A program made the position numbers and the translations under genes. The notes under the pieces are model-generated. The model worked only from the letters and a program-made list of their open reading frames with translations. It ran no database searches and was not told the origin of the DNA. This document shows positions 1 to 12,464 of a stretch of 64,000 nt of DNA, piece after piece. Each line of letters starts with the position of its first letter. Within the stretch, counting starts at the first letter, position 1. Location of the stretch: assembly GCF_006345805.1 (NCBI RefSeq), contig NC_042998.1:44206001-44270000 (forward strand). The letters are read 5' to 3'. This stretch comes from Octopus sinensis (Eukaryota).

Positions 1-10
1 TCCTATATAT

Positions 11-90
11 GCTCCACTGATGAATTTAAATCTAGGTATAACTTGCTTGTGGCTCGAGAGCTAGTGAAGCAGAAACACGTGTCCAGGAGT
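11..90 (+). ncRNA. Degenerate type-I hammerhead-like motif (PLE terminal-repeat type) with extended stem II region
   Basis: CTCC-A-CTGATGA (core 17-23), a 20-nt insert, hairpin TGCTT..AAGCA (44-71), GAA, palindrome ACACGTGT (75-82), C83 (GUC triplet), then CA-GGAG. Stem I CTCC/GGAG is imperfect at the junction. Confidence 0.45.
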
Positions 91-329
91 GTCTTCTTTC
101 CATGCAATAAACTCGTCTCTTTCTTTTATACATTTCATCTCTAGAATATGAGTGGCTTCTGCAGAACATCCGTATGCTCACAAGGTATTTGTTGTCCTAG
201 AACTACGTTTAAGATTGTTGCTGAAGGCAACATTCTCAGGGACTGAACCCAAATCATTTCTGATACCAAGCGAAATTCTTAAGTTAACCACAGAGCCATA
301 TTCACATATATAAATGAACACTACATAGA

Positions 330-459
330 TTCTCTCACATATATATATATATATATTATATATATATATATGCATGTAAAAATCAATGAATATATATATA
401 TATATATATATACATACGTACAAAATGCGCATATATATATATATATACATTTGCAATCA

Positions 460-525
<66 letters not shown>
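330..525. repeat. Interrupted (TA)n microsatellite cluster
   Basis: Direct reading; source of ORF 178..456. Confidence 0.95.
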
Positions 526-1022
526 TAAATGTATGTATATGTGAATGTTTATGTATGTTCTGTGTATGCGTCAGTAATAATTTGCTAAATTAACACGTTT
601 AAATTTTTTTTAGCAATATTTTAATATGTTGTTTTAAAAGCAGAAATGAAGTCGTACGTAATTACATTTTCATAATATTAAAAAGCTATAAATTATCTGA
701 TTTATTCTCATATTTTCAATTCTGTGTATTAATATTTGTTAGCATCTTTTGCTTTACTCTTATCTTTTTCCATTTTCTCCCTTTACTTACTCTCATTCTT
801 TTTGCTAATCCATCTATTTATTTTAAATTTACTATTCGAATAAATATCTGATTGGAAACATTCTTGTTATGCGACATTGTAACAATGTAAAATATGGTAT
901 ATAATTTGTCAATTTAAAAACTTTCAATATAAAACTAACTTCTGTGTCAATCTGAAAATTAAATACAATGTTTATATTTTGCAGGTTTCTATCGCATAGT
1001 GGGCAACATGGTTAGGACTTAC

Positions 1023-1123
1023 TGACTAATCTTTATTGATATACTACGCAACTTTCTCTCCACGAATAGATTTGTGGCTTATAGTAGCAGTTCTCGACCT
1101 CTCTTATACAATTAATTGGTTTC
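1023..1123 (-). CDS. Hypothetical terminal exon of an unrecognised minus-strand gene (KPINCIREVENCYYKPQIYSWRESCVVYQ*)
   Basis: Acceptor tattttgcag; open for 29 codons in the phase required by the upstream candidates; GTAAGT donor just after the stop; no homology recognised. Confidence 0.12.
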
Positions 1124-1200
1124 CTGCAAAATAATTGTCTCACGGACCAGAGGAACACACATAACAAAATACAATACAGTGCATAATATATGATTTAACA

Positions 1201-1431
1201 GGGCAGCGAGCCTGCAGAGTCGTTAGCACACAGAGCGAAATGCTTACCGCTATTTCGTCTGCCGTTATGTTCTGAGTTCAAATTCCGCCGAGGTCAACTT
1301 TGCCTTTCATTCTTTCGGGGTTGATTAAACAAGTACCAGTTACGCACTGGGTTTGATGTAATCGACTTAATCCCTTTGTCTGTCCTTGTTTGTGCCTTCT
1401 TTGTTTAGCTCCCTGTGACAATAAAGAAAGA
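1201..1431 (+). mobile_element. tRNA-derived SINE, family B (GGCGGCGAGCTGGCAGAA head), full length
   Basis: B box GAGTTCAAATTCC; matches the 63008-63223 copy; 16-bp target-site duplication aatatatgatttaaca at 1185-1200 and 1432-1447. Confidence 0.93.
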
Positions 1432-2312
1432 AATATATGATTTAACAACGACATATATGCTTTAACTATTACGTTTATTATACACATATCTATGTTATGC
1501 ATAATACATATATATTGAATATATATTACATATATTATGCGTATATGACAGAGCTAATCTGATTAATCTAATTTACGTAATTGTGTAAACATTAGCAATG
1601 GTGACACCATACATAACTATTTACTGCTAAACAATTCGTGAACAGAAAATAGTTGCGTTTCTCTGATGAAACTAAGAAAACTAAAAACTGGCCAGGTCAG
1701 TCTCCAACTAAAGAAATAAGACCTACATTGAACTCATTTAGCATACTCTATAATTGAATGTTTATTAAAATTTATACTTCATATAATATTACATTTGAAA
1801 TGCAGCCATATGCGCTCTCACGGCTCCATATACGTGGCTGTTAATTTCAAGGATATGTTATTTGACAAAATAGAGGCAACGTTTATGATTTTAGAAGGTA
1901 AATTATGGTAAATGCAGTAGTCTATCAATAAGCAGGTTGTAAATGACGGGAGAAATACTTTAATACTTTATATGAATTAGAAAAACAAACAAAAAAAATG
2001 AAATATGATGATATATATGTAACTATCTCTTCCTCTATCTACCTACGTAGCTCTATGTGTATATGTATGTATGTATGTATGTATGTATGCATGCATGTAT
2101 GTATATATGTATGTATGCATGTTTGTATCTGTATTTGTGCGTGTTTATGTATGTACATATATTTTTTGCTGCTCTCAGTCATTCAGATATGGATTGGTAT
2201 ACATGCTTTGAACCGTCATAGGACCGGGCATGTGTATATATATCTATCTATCCATCATCTATCTGCCTACCGACCTACCTACCCATCTATCTATATCTAT
2301 ATACATGTGTGT

Positions 2313-2359
<47 letters not shown>

Positions 2360-2421
2360 TGTATTTCTACCGTTATTTACAACCTGCTCATTGAGAGACA
2401 ATTGCAATTACCATGATTTAC

Positions 2422-2448
2422 CGTCTTAAACCATAATCGTTGCCTCTA
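2422..2448 (-). CDS. Hypothetical 27-nt micro-exon (SRGNDYGLR)
   Basis: Acceptor ctattattttag, donor GTAAAT, frame-preserving; may be chance. Confidence 0.1.
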
Positions 2449-2464
2449 CTAAAATAATAGTTGT

Positions 2465-2686
2465 CAAACAAATGATGGGAGGACATACATAGACACAAAC
2501 ACACAAACATATATATATATATACATATACGACAGTGTTCTTTCAGTTACCGTCAACCAGATCCACGCACAAGATTCTGGTCGGCAAGGAGATTATTATA
2601 GAAGACACTTTCCCAACGTACCACGCAGTGGGACTGAATCCAGAACCGTGTGGTTGGGAAACAAGCTTCTTACCACACAGCCACTA
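2465..2686 (-). mobile_element. SINE family A (GGCGCAGGAGTGGCTGTGTGGTAAG head), 5' half, degenerate
   Basis: Reverse-complement match to the 59198-59603 copy; adjacent (TACA)n at 2700-2762. Confidence 0.85.
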
Positions 2687-2764
2687 TATGCACACACACA
2701 CATATACATACATACATACATACATACATACATACATACATACATACATACATACATACATAAA

Positions 2765-2930
2765 CACACGAGATGGGTGTTGAAATGTTCTTGTTTTCAA
2801 GGGTATCGGGAAAGGGTTGATTGTAGGCTCAACATTCCGAGTTCTTTTACAGAGCTGCAACAAGCGTGTGAATCTGAGAGGGAAATATGTTGAATAAAAT
2901 CATATTTAACTGATCCTCCTATATTTTCGT
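2765..2930. repeat. Unclassified dispersed repeat X, copy 1
   Basis: Shares aacattccgagttctttta and atatgttgaataaa..taactgatcctcct.tattttc with 29775-29960. Confidence 0.75.
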
Positions 2931-2946
2931 CGAAGGCAGGACATCC

Positions 2947-2988
<42 letters not shown>

Positions 2989-4640
2989 TTATCTATCAAT
3001 TAAATCAATCTCTTTTTGTCTCTCTTTCTCTCACTCTCACTCTCCCTTGCTATATATATATATATGCGAGTGACTGTGTATATGTGTGTGAGTATATGCG
3101 TATGTCTGTTTCAGTTTACATAATGTGAACATTGTTTTAAACTTTTTGCTTGATAACAATGAGCGAAAGTCTGCATACGTATTTTTCATTGCGTTTAATA
3201 ACTTTCAAATATTGGATTCAACCCCATATTGTTAATTTTTTCTCATATATGAATATATTTGTGTTACCGAATTGCGTACCATTGCAAATACACATATGCG
3301 CATCAATTATTTGTTACGTTTTCTTTTTCACTTTTACATTTTTCCTTTATATATAACTCTTTCTTTCTGTCACCTCTCTCCACCTTCTATTTCTTACCTT
3401 TCCTCTGTTCTTTTAACTCTTCCTATTCGTTTTTATTCAATCTAATATTTTAAAATAAAATGTCATCACTCGGGAAAAAAAAATAAGCAAAACATCTCAC
3501 TGCCATATGACTCTAGTCATGCATTTTGTAATATCATTGTATCTTTTAAAATATATTTTCTTTACATTTGTCATGAATCTGTAACATGTGACTGCTACCT
3601 TCATCATAGTAACATTGATACACTTATGCATGAAATTTGCCAATAAACCTATTTTCAGGATTGTTGTTTTGATAACAGAGCCCTTTTTAACAACTATATA
3701 ATAGAAGTAACATTAGAGTTGCTGCTTCTATAATTATGGCATGTTATTCTTAATGTTATCAGCATAAATTAAAATGTACGCACATAGGTATGACTTTCAT
3801 TATCACAATGAGAAGTACAATATTTCATCAACATTCGGTATTATGACGTTTGATAATGTTTTTGTTTTTCATCCTTTTCAAGCGATTTTTGGTGAATCGA
3901 AGAGATAGGTATTTATTTATTTTCAGAAAACCTCGGCAAAAAAATAATAGAAGTGCTTGGCAAATTTAGTATGTAATCTAGGATATTCGTGTCGTGTAGC
4001 CACAGAAAACCCTATTCTATAAAACAATCTTTAATGTGTGTCACATGCATACTTAACAGAAAGACCAGTAACTGATCACGGTTGGAGTATTCTATGGCTC
4101 TGTATTGGAATCATAATCCCTTGGGAACAATTTGTCAATAATATATATCTGAGTTTCGCTATGAGAGTCCACAAGGTAATGCAGTACATTTAGTAATGGT
4201 AGGTAAGTCCCATAACACTACTATTTATTTAGCGTACACTATACCTTCGTTCATATTCTCATAAAAATCCACAAAACCTATATCTAATAGCACTTGTCTC
4301 AGGAAATTTATAAGGACGTACTTTCAGTTGATTTAGTCGACAGATTACTCTGTCCATATATGTAATGAGAAAATGTTCAACATCGTTTCAATGGCAAAAC
4401 GTAAGAAATCACTTAGTATATTAGTAAAGTACGTTATACAAAGGATCGCTACAGCTTATAATATAATTTCTCATGGCTCAGCTTTGTTCTCAGCAAAACG
4501 GAAATCAGTAAATCCGCTATGATAAGATTAGTTCTCCTATACCGATAATTATACTGAGCGCTAGTTACTTGAACTACCGATTTGCCAATATCAGAACAAT
4601 GGTCCTCCTCCACGTCTGTACATCATCGCACGAAAATTAC

Positions 4641-4836
4641 CTCGAAAAAATTGGTGACACACTGCAAAATATTTCAGCTTCTTGCGTTCCATATTGTTTT
4701 ATCAACACGATTTTTCCTGAAGGCATTTTCTTTGAGTTTTGATTTTTCTTTGCAGTTTTACATTTTTTACAAAGATTTTTACATGGGTTTGAATAACATT
4801 TGCACAATTTCATAGAGAAACCGCGTAAAATTAAGT
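4641..4836 (-). CDS. Candidate coding exon, Cys/Lys-rich, unrecognised product
   Basis: Acceptor tattttttatacag, donor AG/GTAAT, 196 nt open, in phase with 4946-5159 across a 109-nt GT-AG intron; frame closes right at the donor. Confidence 0.28.
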
Positions 4837-4945
4837 CTGTATAAAAAATATTCTTTCAGTATTTCATTACGTTAACGTAGAAAGAATGTGGAAGGTGAAT
4901 GAATTTATTCTTCAACGCACGCGTCGCTATTTTAAAGTTTCTTAC

Positions 4946-5159
4946 TGCTACAAAACCGCTTCATTTTGTACTTGATCTGCAGCACTATTGTTAAGGCTGT
5001 TATTATATTTTCCCCTCCGGGAAAAATACTGAAAGTAGCCGACATATGGGTTCCAACGCAGTTGTTCGATATGATAGAAATAGCAATCAAATATCTTTCA
5101 AAACCACATATTATTGTCTGGGAAACGTGGATATATTGCATATAATACATATTGGTACT
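4946..5159 (-). CDS. Candidate coding exon (STNMYY...KRFCS), unrecognised product
   Basis: Acceptor tttttcttgctacag, donor A/GTAAGA, lies inside ORF 4932..5231. Confidence 0.28.
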
Positions 5160-5294
5160 CTGTAGCAAGAAAAACGGGTTGGCTAAAAATCTCTGATCAT
5201 AAGTATGTTTAATCAAAGTGATACTGGACAAAAACGTTCACCTAATGCTACAACTGATATTGCCACCCTCTCAAGTCACGCTTCCATTTGCTAT

Positions 5295-5900
5295 ACCAGT
5301 TAGTGGTTACTGGAGTTGACTATGTCGTAAGTATGTATATGCGGTTACGGGTATTTGGTGCCAATATACAACGGGAAAGATAATGGCCGAAAAGAGGAAG
5401 GCAAAAATCCTCTGGGACTTTGATTTCCAGACAGACAAAGTTTATAGCACCGCCGAATATAGTAAGCTTTAGGAAGGAAAAACAATAGTGCCTAATAATC
5501 GACGTAGCAGTGCCACATCATCATGAAAAAACGAGAAAAAGTTGAGATCGATAATATGTGACAGTTACGAGAGTCGAACATAACGGTTATCCCTATTGTC
5601 ATCGGAACATTGGGTTCAATACCACCTAATCTGAAAAAATATCTAAAAACCTTAGAAATACACTAAAATCTAGATGTATTGCAAAAGTCGGCATTACGTG
5701 GAATTGCACGCATGTTGCGTAAAATACTGTCTGTCTGAGGACCTTGTGACTTGCCAAACAGTACAAATCCCCGCTAGACACAATATCGTCAATCAGCAAA
5801 CTTACGGTATTATATACTGTGCGATATCTACAATAATCATACTACTACTATTACTACTATTACTACTACTAATACTACTAATAATAATAATAATAATGAC
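5295..5900 (+). mobile_element. 3' end of an R4/Dong-like non-LTR retrotransposon (restriction-like endonuclease), decayed, TAA-type tail
   Basis: Frameshifted KILWDFDFQTD, CLIIDVAVP, VIPIVIGTLGSIP and LQKSALRGIARMLRKILSV* (stop ~5738), then 3' UTR and (TAC/TAA)n. Confidence 0.85.
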
Positions 5901-5901
5901 C

Positions 5902-6180
5902 ATGAGTTACCCTCTAAGGCACAAGTCTGGGCAAGGTTGTTTTATGGAAGACCAGCAGTCGCCCATGCATACTGGCCTCCCCTCTCCACGTCACCGATGT
6001 TGTCCAAAGGAAAGGCAAGGGCTGATACAGCTTGGCACCTGTGACGTCGCAACTCATTTCTACAGCTGAGTGAACTGGAGCAACGTGAAATAAAATGTCT
6101 TGCTCAAGAACACAACACGCAGCCCGGTCCGGGATTCGAGCTCACAACCTCACGATCGTAAGCTCGACGCTCTTACCACT
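5902..6180 (-). mobile_element. tRNA-derived SINE family D inserted in a TAA tract
   Basis: Minus-strand head AGTGGTAAGAGC..GAGCTCGAATCCCGG; central cttgagcaagacattttatttcacgttgctccagttcactcagctg shared with 19248-19573. Confidence 0.85.
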
Positions 6181-6204
6181 ATAATAATAAAAATGATGAT
6201 GATG

Positions 6205-6269
<65 letters not shown>

Positions 6270-6305
6270 GATTTCTATTTTTTAAATTAAGCATTGTTAT
6301 TATTA

Positions 6306-6342
<37 letters not shown>

Positions 6343-6375
6343 CATCATCATCATCATCATCATTTTTATTATTAT
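6181..6375. repeat. Inverted compound microsatellite (fold-back)
   Basis: Arm ataataataaaaatgatgatg(ata)n..aataac and its reverse complement, separated by ~25 nt. Confidence 0.8.
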
Positions 6376-6620
6376 TTTAATTTTCAGGGCGCTCGTTCTT
6401 GTTAGCTCTGGCTGATTCTGTTGTCAGAGGTATCACAAGGTTTCTTCCTGCACATTATAAACTTTGATACTTGGTTGTTAACTATTGTGAAAGACATTCA
6501 ACATCCAAGCTGTCCACAACAGAGAAGTTTGGGGGGCTTGCTCTGATGTCAATTTCGATTTCTTTGACTTATTTCTCGAAATTGGTTGTGCTCCGAGTGC
6601 CCGTTATTGTTATTGTTGTT
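6376..6620 (-). mobile_element. Extreme 3' end of a second R4/Dong-like LINE family with TAA tail
   Basis: Minus-strand TTNFEK*VKEIEIDIR, then frameshift to QTSLLWTAWML, as in the RLE C-terminal EKY..EIGI...QKTALLGTARILR motif; ends in aataataat. Confidence 0.65.
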
Positions 6621-6989
6621 GTTTTGTTGTTATTGTTGCTATTGTTCCCGTTGTTGTTGCTGTAGCTGTGTGTGTTGTTGTCGTTACATAAAATTCTAAA
6701 TGTTAAGAAAAGGTGTTTTTGTTGGTGTTTATTAGCATGGAGTCTTTATTCGTTTTAGACAAAATATATCGTGACTGAATCATATGGATAGAAATTAAAC
6801 AGTTTAGAAGGTGGCATGCTGTAGCATGACTATTCTTTAGCTTTAAGATTGTGTGAAAAGATACTGTGTTAAACACATCGCCTCCTCCATTACTGCTATC
6901 TTGAATAACAAAAGCTATCAATATCCTCGTATTCACTATAATCATAATGATCTTCCTCATCGCCATTACCTTTATCGTTCGTCGACGTT

Positions 6990-7022
6990 ATTAGCACCAC
7001 CACCACCACCAAAGCCACCACC

Positions 7023-7056
<34 letters not shown>

Positions 7057-7060
7057 TCTT
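6990..7060. repeat. (CAC)n(CAT)n microsatellite
   Basis: Direct reading; source of poly-P/S and poly-V/M ORFs. Confidence 0.95.
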
Positions 7061-7177
7061 TTTCTCATTCCTTTCCATTTTCTATTTTCCTTCTCACTAT
7101 GCTACCACCACGCACTAGAATATCTTTCTAGGCTGCTGAAAAAATATACTTGTCATTGTGGAAGTGTGTGTGCAAGT

Positions 7178-7184
<7 letters not shown>

Positions 7185-7220
<36 letters not shown>

Positions 7221-7298
7221 ATATTACACACGCATCGAAAGCAGGCTACGTACAGGCATACACACATTAGCACTCACACAGACACACGCGCACACGCA

Positions 7299-7392
<94 letters not shown>

Positions 7393-7405
7393 ACATATAT
7401 ATATT
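7185..7405. repeat. Compound (TA)n/(CA)n microsatellite
   Basis: Direct reading. Confidence 0.95.
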
Positions 7406-8506
7406 GGGAGAGAAAGAGAGAGCAACATGTGTTCACTACCAAGGGGTTTCGCGCTGATCATTCAATGACGACCCATTTTCAGTCTGTGTTTTATTAAATT
7501 ATCAAAACTGAAAACCTCTACGTTCGTTATTCAACTGTTGCATAACGTCCTTGAATATTAGCCATATTCTCGCACCCTATCAAACAGTGATTGCGTGTGT
7601 GCGTATGAGCCTGTGTTTCAATAGATATATTTTGTTGCAAATCAGAGATCATACATGTTACATTGAACTGAGACGAAACAGCCCATCAATAATGAGGAAG
7701 GAGTAGGAGAGACGAGCAGGAGTTAAAAAGAAAGAAAGGAAAATTTGATAGAGATTTCAGAGAAATAGGCAAGATATGAGGGAAATATATTAAGGTGAAA
7801 TGAAGAATACCTAATGTGAAGTCATTATGTGAAATCAATTCATATATTTATGTGCATTAGCCAGTTGACGTATTGTTTTTCGGATTTGTAATAGTTGCTT
7901 CTTAAAGTGTCTTTCTTTTTCTGTGATAATTATGAGGTCTTCTTTGAGTAAAATTTCTCGGGTGATCTTTTTTCTCTGTTGTACAATACGCATACGTTGC
8001 TTTCATTTGTAGGATTAAGTTTAATGCTGCAATGATAAGCTTTTCTGCCAGCAAATAAATCTTACTTCTTGATAAGCGTGTAAAACGATTTTATGAAATA
8101 TCAAATATATCTTGTTTGTTGAGAGTACTGACGTATTCTCAAAAAGTGATGTCTTAATGATGACTGGCAGCATATCCACTTGTTGCCCTTTGATACCTTA
8201 TTTACGGTTGCATTAACAATTTTCTATGTGAATTTATCTTTCGGGCCTCAGTTTAATTTCTTGCTTTTCGAATACAATTTTATTCTGTCGAAACGAACAT
8301 TGACTGTAATTCGTTTTCCTAACGACCACTGAACTACATGGACTCGTTAATAAAAAAAATATATTCAGGACAGAACGAAATAAATACACATTATACTGAT
8401 TCTGTTTGTTCCATATGCTTTATATATCTTCATATTAACATTATTTAATCATAAAATTTTATTCCATTTTGCTTTAAGGATGATCGAACGACAAATATAT
8501 ATTTAC

Positions 8507-8648
8507 GTTTTTATCAAAAGGAAATTGGCAAATAAATAATAAGTTATGATTCCCTAATACTGTTGCCTTGCTCATTTGTGCTATTCTATCTTCACTTTTT
8601 CCATATTGAGTGTGTAAATATAAGGGATAACAATTTTCAGAAATATAA
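8507..8648 (-). CDS. Hypothetical exon (YISENCYP...ICQFPFDKN)
   Basis: Acceptor tcttctgtcttcaag, donor AAC/GTAAAT, phase-compatible with 5159; inside ORF 8474..8758. Confidence 0.13.
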
Positions 8649-9924
8649 CTTGAAGACAGAAGACGCTTACGGTTGCCAAGATTTATAGTTTGTGTGAATA
8701 TTGTATATTTAAAGGAGGTTGGCACCTTGAAACATTCTCTCAGAGTAAGTGCTTCCAAAATATTCTTACGATTTCTGAGTCAAGATAATTATTTTATGGC
8801 AGTCAATCGAGAACAATTTGTATTCAGGAACAAAAGATAATCTGCATATCAGTAGGAAATTCTAAGTGAAATACTTTAAATCATGTCAGACACTAACCAT
8901 TGTTAAAATCATTTTAATCAATGTAAGGGATGCAATATGAAAATATCGTAGTTAATAATATACAGAGTAGTTAAATACTCCTTAAGTACTAAATTAAAAA
9001 TAATGTCCGATAGATTTATTGAACATTATCAATATGACGCCAAACAGACTGTGTATCTTAATAGTGACTTATTCAAAGACGAAGACAAAACGAATAAAAT
9101 ACATTTGTTTCATTACATAATTTCGATACAGCTGGTGTCACATTAGTTTGATCACGTTTCACCTCCATAACATTAACTAATAGAATTACAGTGAAATAAA
9201 CTCGCTGATTGTATTTCCATTTAATAGAATTAGATAAATTACAGTGATTTATATGTCAAGACCAAATTTCTTGCATAGTATCAGAACTGTGTAGAAACGT
9301 AATTAATATTGCCTCCATGTTTTCTTTCTCTTGAGCCATATATGCCTAAATGATATACGTCTGATGATTAAAGGGTCAATAAGCTGTATTTATTCACAGA
9401 TTTCGACCTTCTAGTGAGTTCTATATTGTCTCTAACGACTATGAGGTAGTGCGCAGCATTTTATACGAACAACACTAAATAAATAATTTTTCTTTACCCT
9501 GCTGTACTCACCACCATAATGTGTTAAAGCATAATAAATCATGATCTTGGATTGACAAAAACAAGAGAAATAAGCAAAAGTAACTTCATTATAAAGTTAC
9601 CGACTTCATCGTCTGAAAGTCCTGTACAAACTACAAGGACAAAGGTCATGAATACACAGAAAATCTAAAATGTATAGAACAAACATATAGAAGCAGTAGA
9701 TCTAGAAAAAACACATAATTTAATTTAAACCACTTATTTAGCATCCAATACAGATAAAATACTCATGTATAAGTTATTAATGTTTCTATGGTAGAAATGA
9801 ATATTTTAAGCTCATCGATAAGAATACTGGACAAATTAGCTACACTCGCGAAGAAATCATCGCAATGTAATGCCCTGTCATGTGAAATTTGTAGAAATGA
9901 GGACAATGATAATGGAGAATGATT

Positions 9925-10035
9925 TCTTATTTAGACACAAAAACCTTCAAATTCGAGATGAGGTAGTTAATCGATAATATCGATATCAACACTTAACTGG
10001 TATTTCATTTTATCGATACAAGATGGAAGAGGAGC
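9925..10035 (-). mobile_element. Old SINE family B-like 3' fragment
   Basis: atcgat..acttaactggtatttcattttatcgatac resembles the family B tail. Confidence 0.5.
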
Positions 10036-10169
10036 AAGTGATTAAAGATAAATCACCAGTTAGTTTTTAAGTGTATGCATTAACAAAACAAACAACTTCT
10101 GCTTCCTTAAGAATAAACACTCCCGATTTCATGTGATTCCAACTTTATTCCAAATGTTCAAACACTTCT

Positions 10170-10323
10170 ACATCAGATTTCCGTCTAACCCTTCAATGAA
10201 GCATCCTTTCACACATGTTTTGTCAGCCTGGGGCTTCAATAAAAAAAACATGCCCAAGGTGCTGTGCTGTGGGACGTATACCAAGATCATATGGTTGGGA
10301 AGTCAGCTTTATAACCACACGCC
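10170..10323 (-). mobile_element. Degenerate SINE family A 5' fragment
   Basis: tgcccaaggtgc..tgggac..catatggttgggaag..aaccacac. Confidence 0.65.
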
Positions 10324-10950
10324 TTTGAATAAACCATTAAAAATTACAATTTTTGTGACGTCAGAAATGTTCATAATTTATCATAGAACATTGAAATTTT
10401 ATCAGTTTTTCGTGAAAATGAACAAGAAACAAAAGAAAATCTAAGGACCTAGGGACGAGCAATTCTTCACTGTTGGACCATTCAAACATAATTCATGATG
10501 GAATCATTAGTGTCCTACCGATTTCATTAATGATTAATTTAGTTAAACTGAATGGGAATCTATTCTATTTTCATTGAATATCACACAGTTGTAGTAGAAC
10601 ACCTAGCCCACATAAGACATAATATAATTCATGAATTTAATATGAAATAAGTAATAAGAAATAATTTAAACGCCATTTTTTCCATTTTAAACGAAATTAA
10701 CATATGCACTTGGAGTGTTGTGTTGGAATATAACATAATATATGTATGTGTGTGTGTGAGTGCGTATGTGTGTATGAATATATGCATGTATGTATGTATG
10801 TATGTATGTATATATGTATGTATGTATTCATGTGTGTATGCTACGTTTATATACTTTCAGTTTCTCATAGAATGGTGAGCAATCTAAGGCTCACAGGATA
10901 TTAACTCTGTTGCAATTCCAATGAGCTTGACAATCTTTGTGTGTTTTATA

Positions 10951-11120
10951 CATACATACATACATACATACATACATACATACATACATACATACATACA
11001 TACATACATACATACATACATACATACATACATACATGCATACATACATGCATGCATACATACTTACATACATACATGCATGCATACATACATATATACA
11101 TACATACATACATACATACA

Positions 11121-11155
<35 letters not shown>

Positions 11156-11165
11156 GTACATACAT
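10951..11165. repeat. (TACA)n microsatellite array
   Basis: Direct reading. Confidence 0.97.
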
Positions 11166-11169
11166 AGAT

Positions 11170-11405
11170 ACATCTTACAAAACACATGTCGCTAATGAAT
11201 ATTACAGCTGAGTAAAGAAAATTTGAACCTCTCAACTTTCTGCATTCCATAAAACAGTGGCTCACAATGTGTTTGCAGTGTTAGTACTCATACCAACATT
11301 TGGGCTGCTTGATTGGACGCTTGATGAGATCCGAGCCATTGATGTGAAAACCCGAAAAATTCTAACAAGCACACGTAGTTTCCAAATAAACAGTGACGTA
11401 GACTT
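11170..11405 (+). mobile_element. Internal fragment (RT thumb region) of an R4-type LINE, same family as 39991-41790
   Basis: Aligns to 40310-40490 (tattacagc.ga.taaagaaa..gatgagatcc.ag..attgatgtgaaaacccgaaaaat.ctaacaagcac..cagtgacgtagac); HNVFAV..LIPTFGLLDWTLDEIRAIDVKTRKILT. Confidence 0.85.
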
Positions 11406-11409
11406 ATCA

Positions 11410-11745
11410 GTCCATGACCGCAGCAGAGAGACAATAGGGAGAAGGGGTGGTACAAACTTTAAAACGTGATAGGACTGGTAGTCTTCTTCAATCACATAGA
11501 CTAAAGGAAAAACCCAAATCTAGCAAGCCATATTTGTAACCTGAAGTACAGTGGTATAACACACAGCATTAAGTGGAATATGTTAGAGATATCTAGGGCA
11601 TACTTCAAAGAAGTTTAAGCTCTGTATACCCGAAAGAACACACATTTTTAATATCTTCAACACATGCACTGACCTACTTAACTCGAAATTTCAGATATTT
11701 ACAAGATGAATGCATTTTGACAAGCTTCTCCTGTTGAACGGGAAG
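11410..11745 (+). mobile_element. Penelope-like element, GIY-YIG endonuclease C-terminal fragment, decayed
   Basis: GTNFKT..SSFNH, NLASHICNLKYSGITHSIKWNMLEISRAY, KLCIPERTHIF..LLNS..HFDKLLL match the PLE pattern L..HIW.LK...I.W.IL..C.LC..EK..LN.R.E..C.H..K. Confidence 0.7.
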
Positions 11746-12277
11746 GTGTCACTGTCACTAGATTTGATACACAGTTTAAAGAAATTCAACTTTTCTCTCA
11801 TTCGGATATTCCACAAGGCGTAATGATTTAAATGAAAACAGCTAATTAAAATTCATTAGCACTTCAAAATTAATCATGCTCTTCATTTAAGGGATAACGA
11901 GATATATGCTAGATTCCATAAGCAGAATCATCCCAATCCCCTTGGAAGGTTTCTTAAAGAGTTTTATCGTTTTGTTTTCTTGCATTTTCTGTCATTTTCT
12001 GTTTTAGTATTTCATCAGGTTATTTGAGTCTGAGCAATCGCGGGATCGTGAATAACAAACTATATAAACATGTCCGATTAGTGCAACACCTGATCATGAA
12101 ACTTTAAGTAGCTCACGTATAAATCCTTTATTCACAAATTTAAATTAATCTAATAACATCCTAACAGTTGCCTATATAAATATTCGGTCTCTTAAAATAT
12201 ATTAAAAATACATGAACTATGTCCCTGTTCCTTCTTTTGTTACATTTTCTCACCACATGGGGGAAAATCTATTCATA

Positions 12278-12324
<47 letters not shown>

Positions 12325-12464
12325 ACACACACATACACACTTCCACACTTCCACACAAGCATGTATATAAATAAATAAATATATATACATACATATATAT
12401 TATATTATATATTATATAAATATTCTATTTCTACCACTACTACAATATATATATATATATATAT

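Noticed and set aside
4590-5100. GPCR-like FERY and KYFAVCH words, and an EGF-like CYSNPCKN word
   Set aside because: They lie in different frames, are closed by stops, and lack the surrounding domain pattern
4946-8648. Resemblance of FPFD and FP.GENI...LTIVL to Cys-loop (chemotactile/nicotinic) receptor motifs
   Set aside because: No paired Cys-loop cysteines, spacing is wrong, and the would-be M2 helix is followed by QIKYKMKR rather than hydrophobic residues
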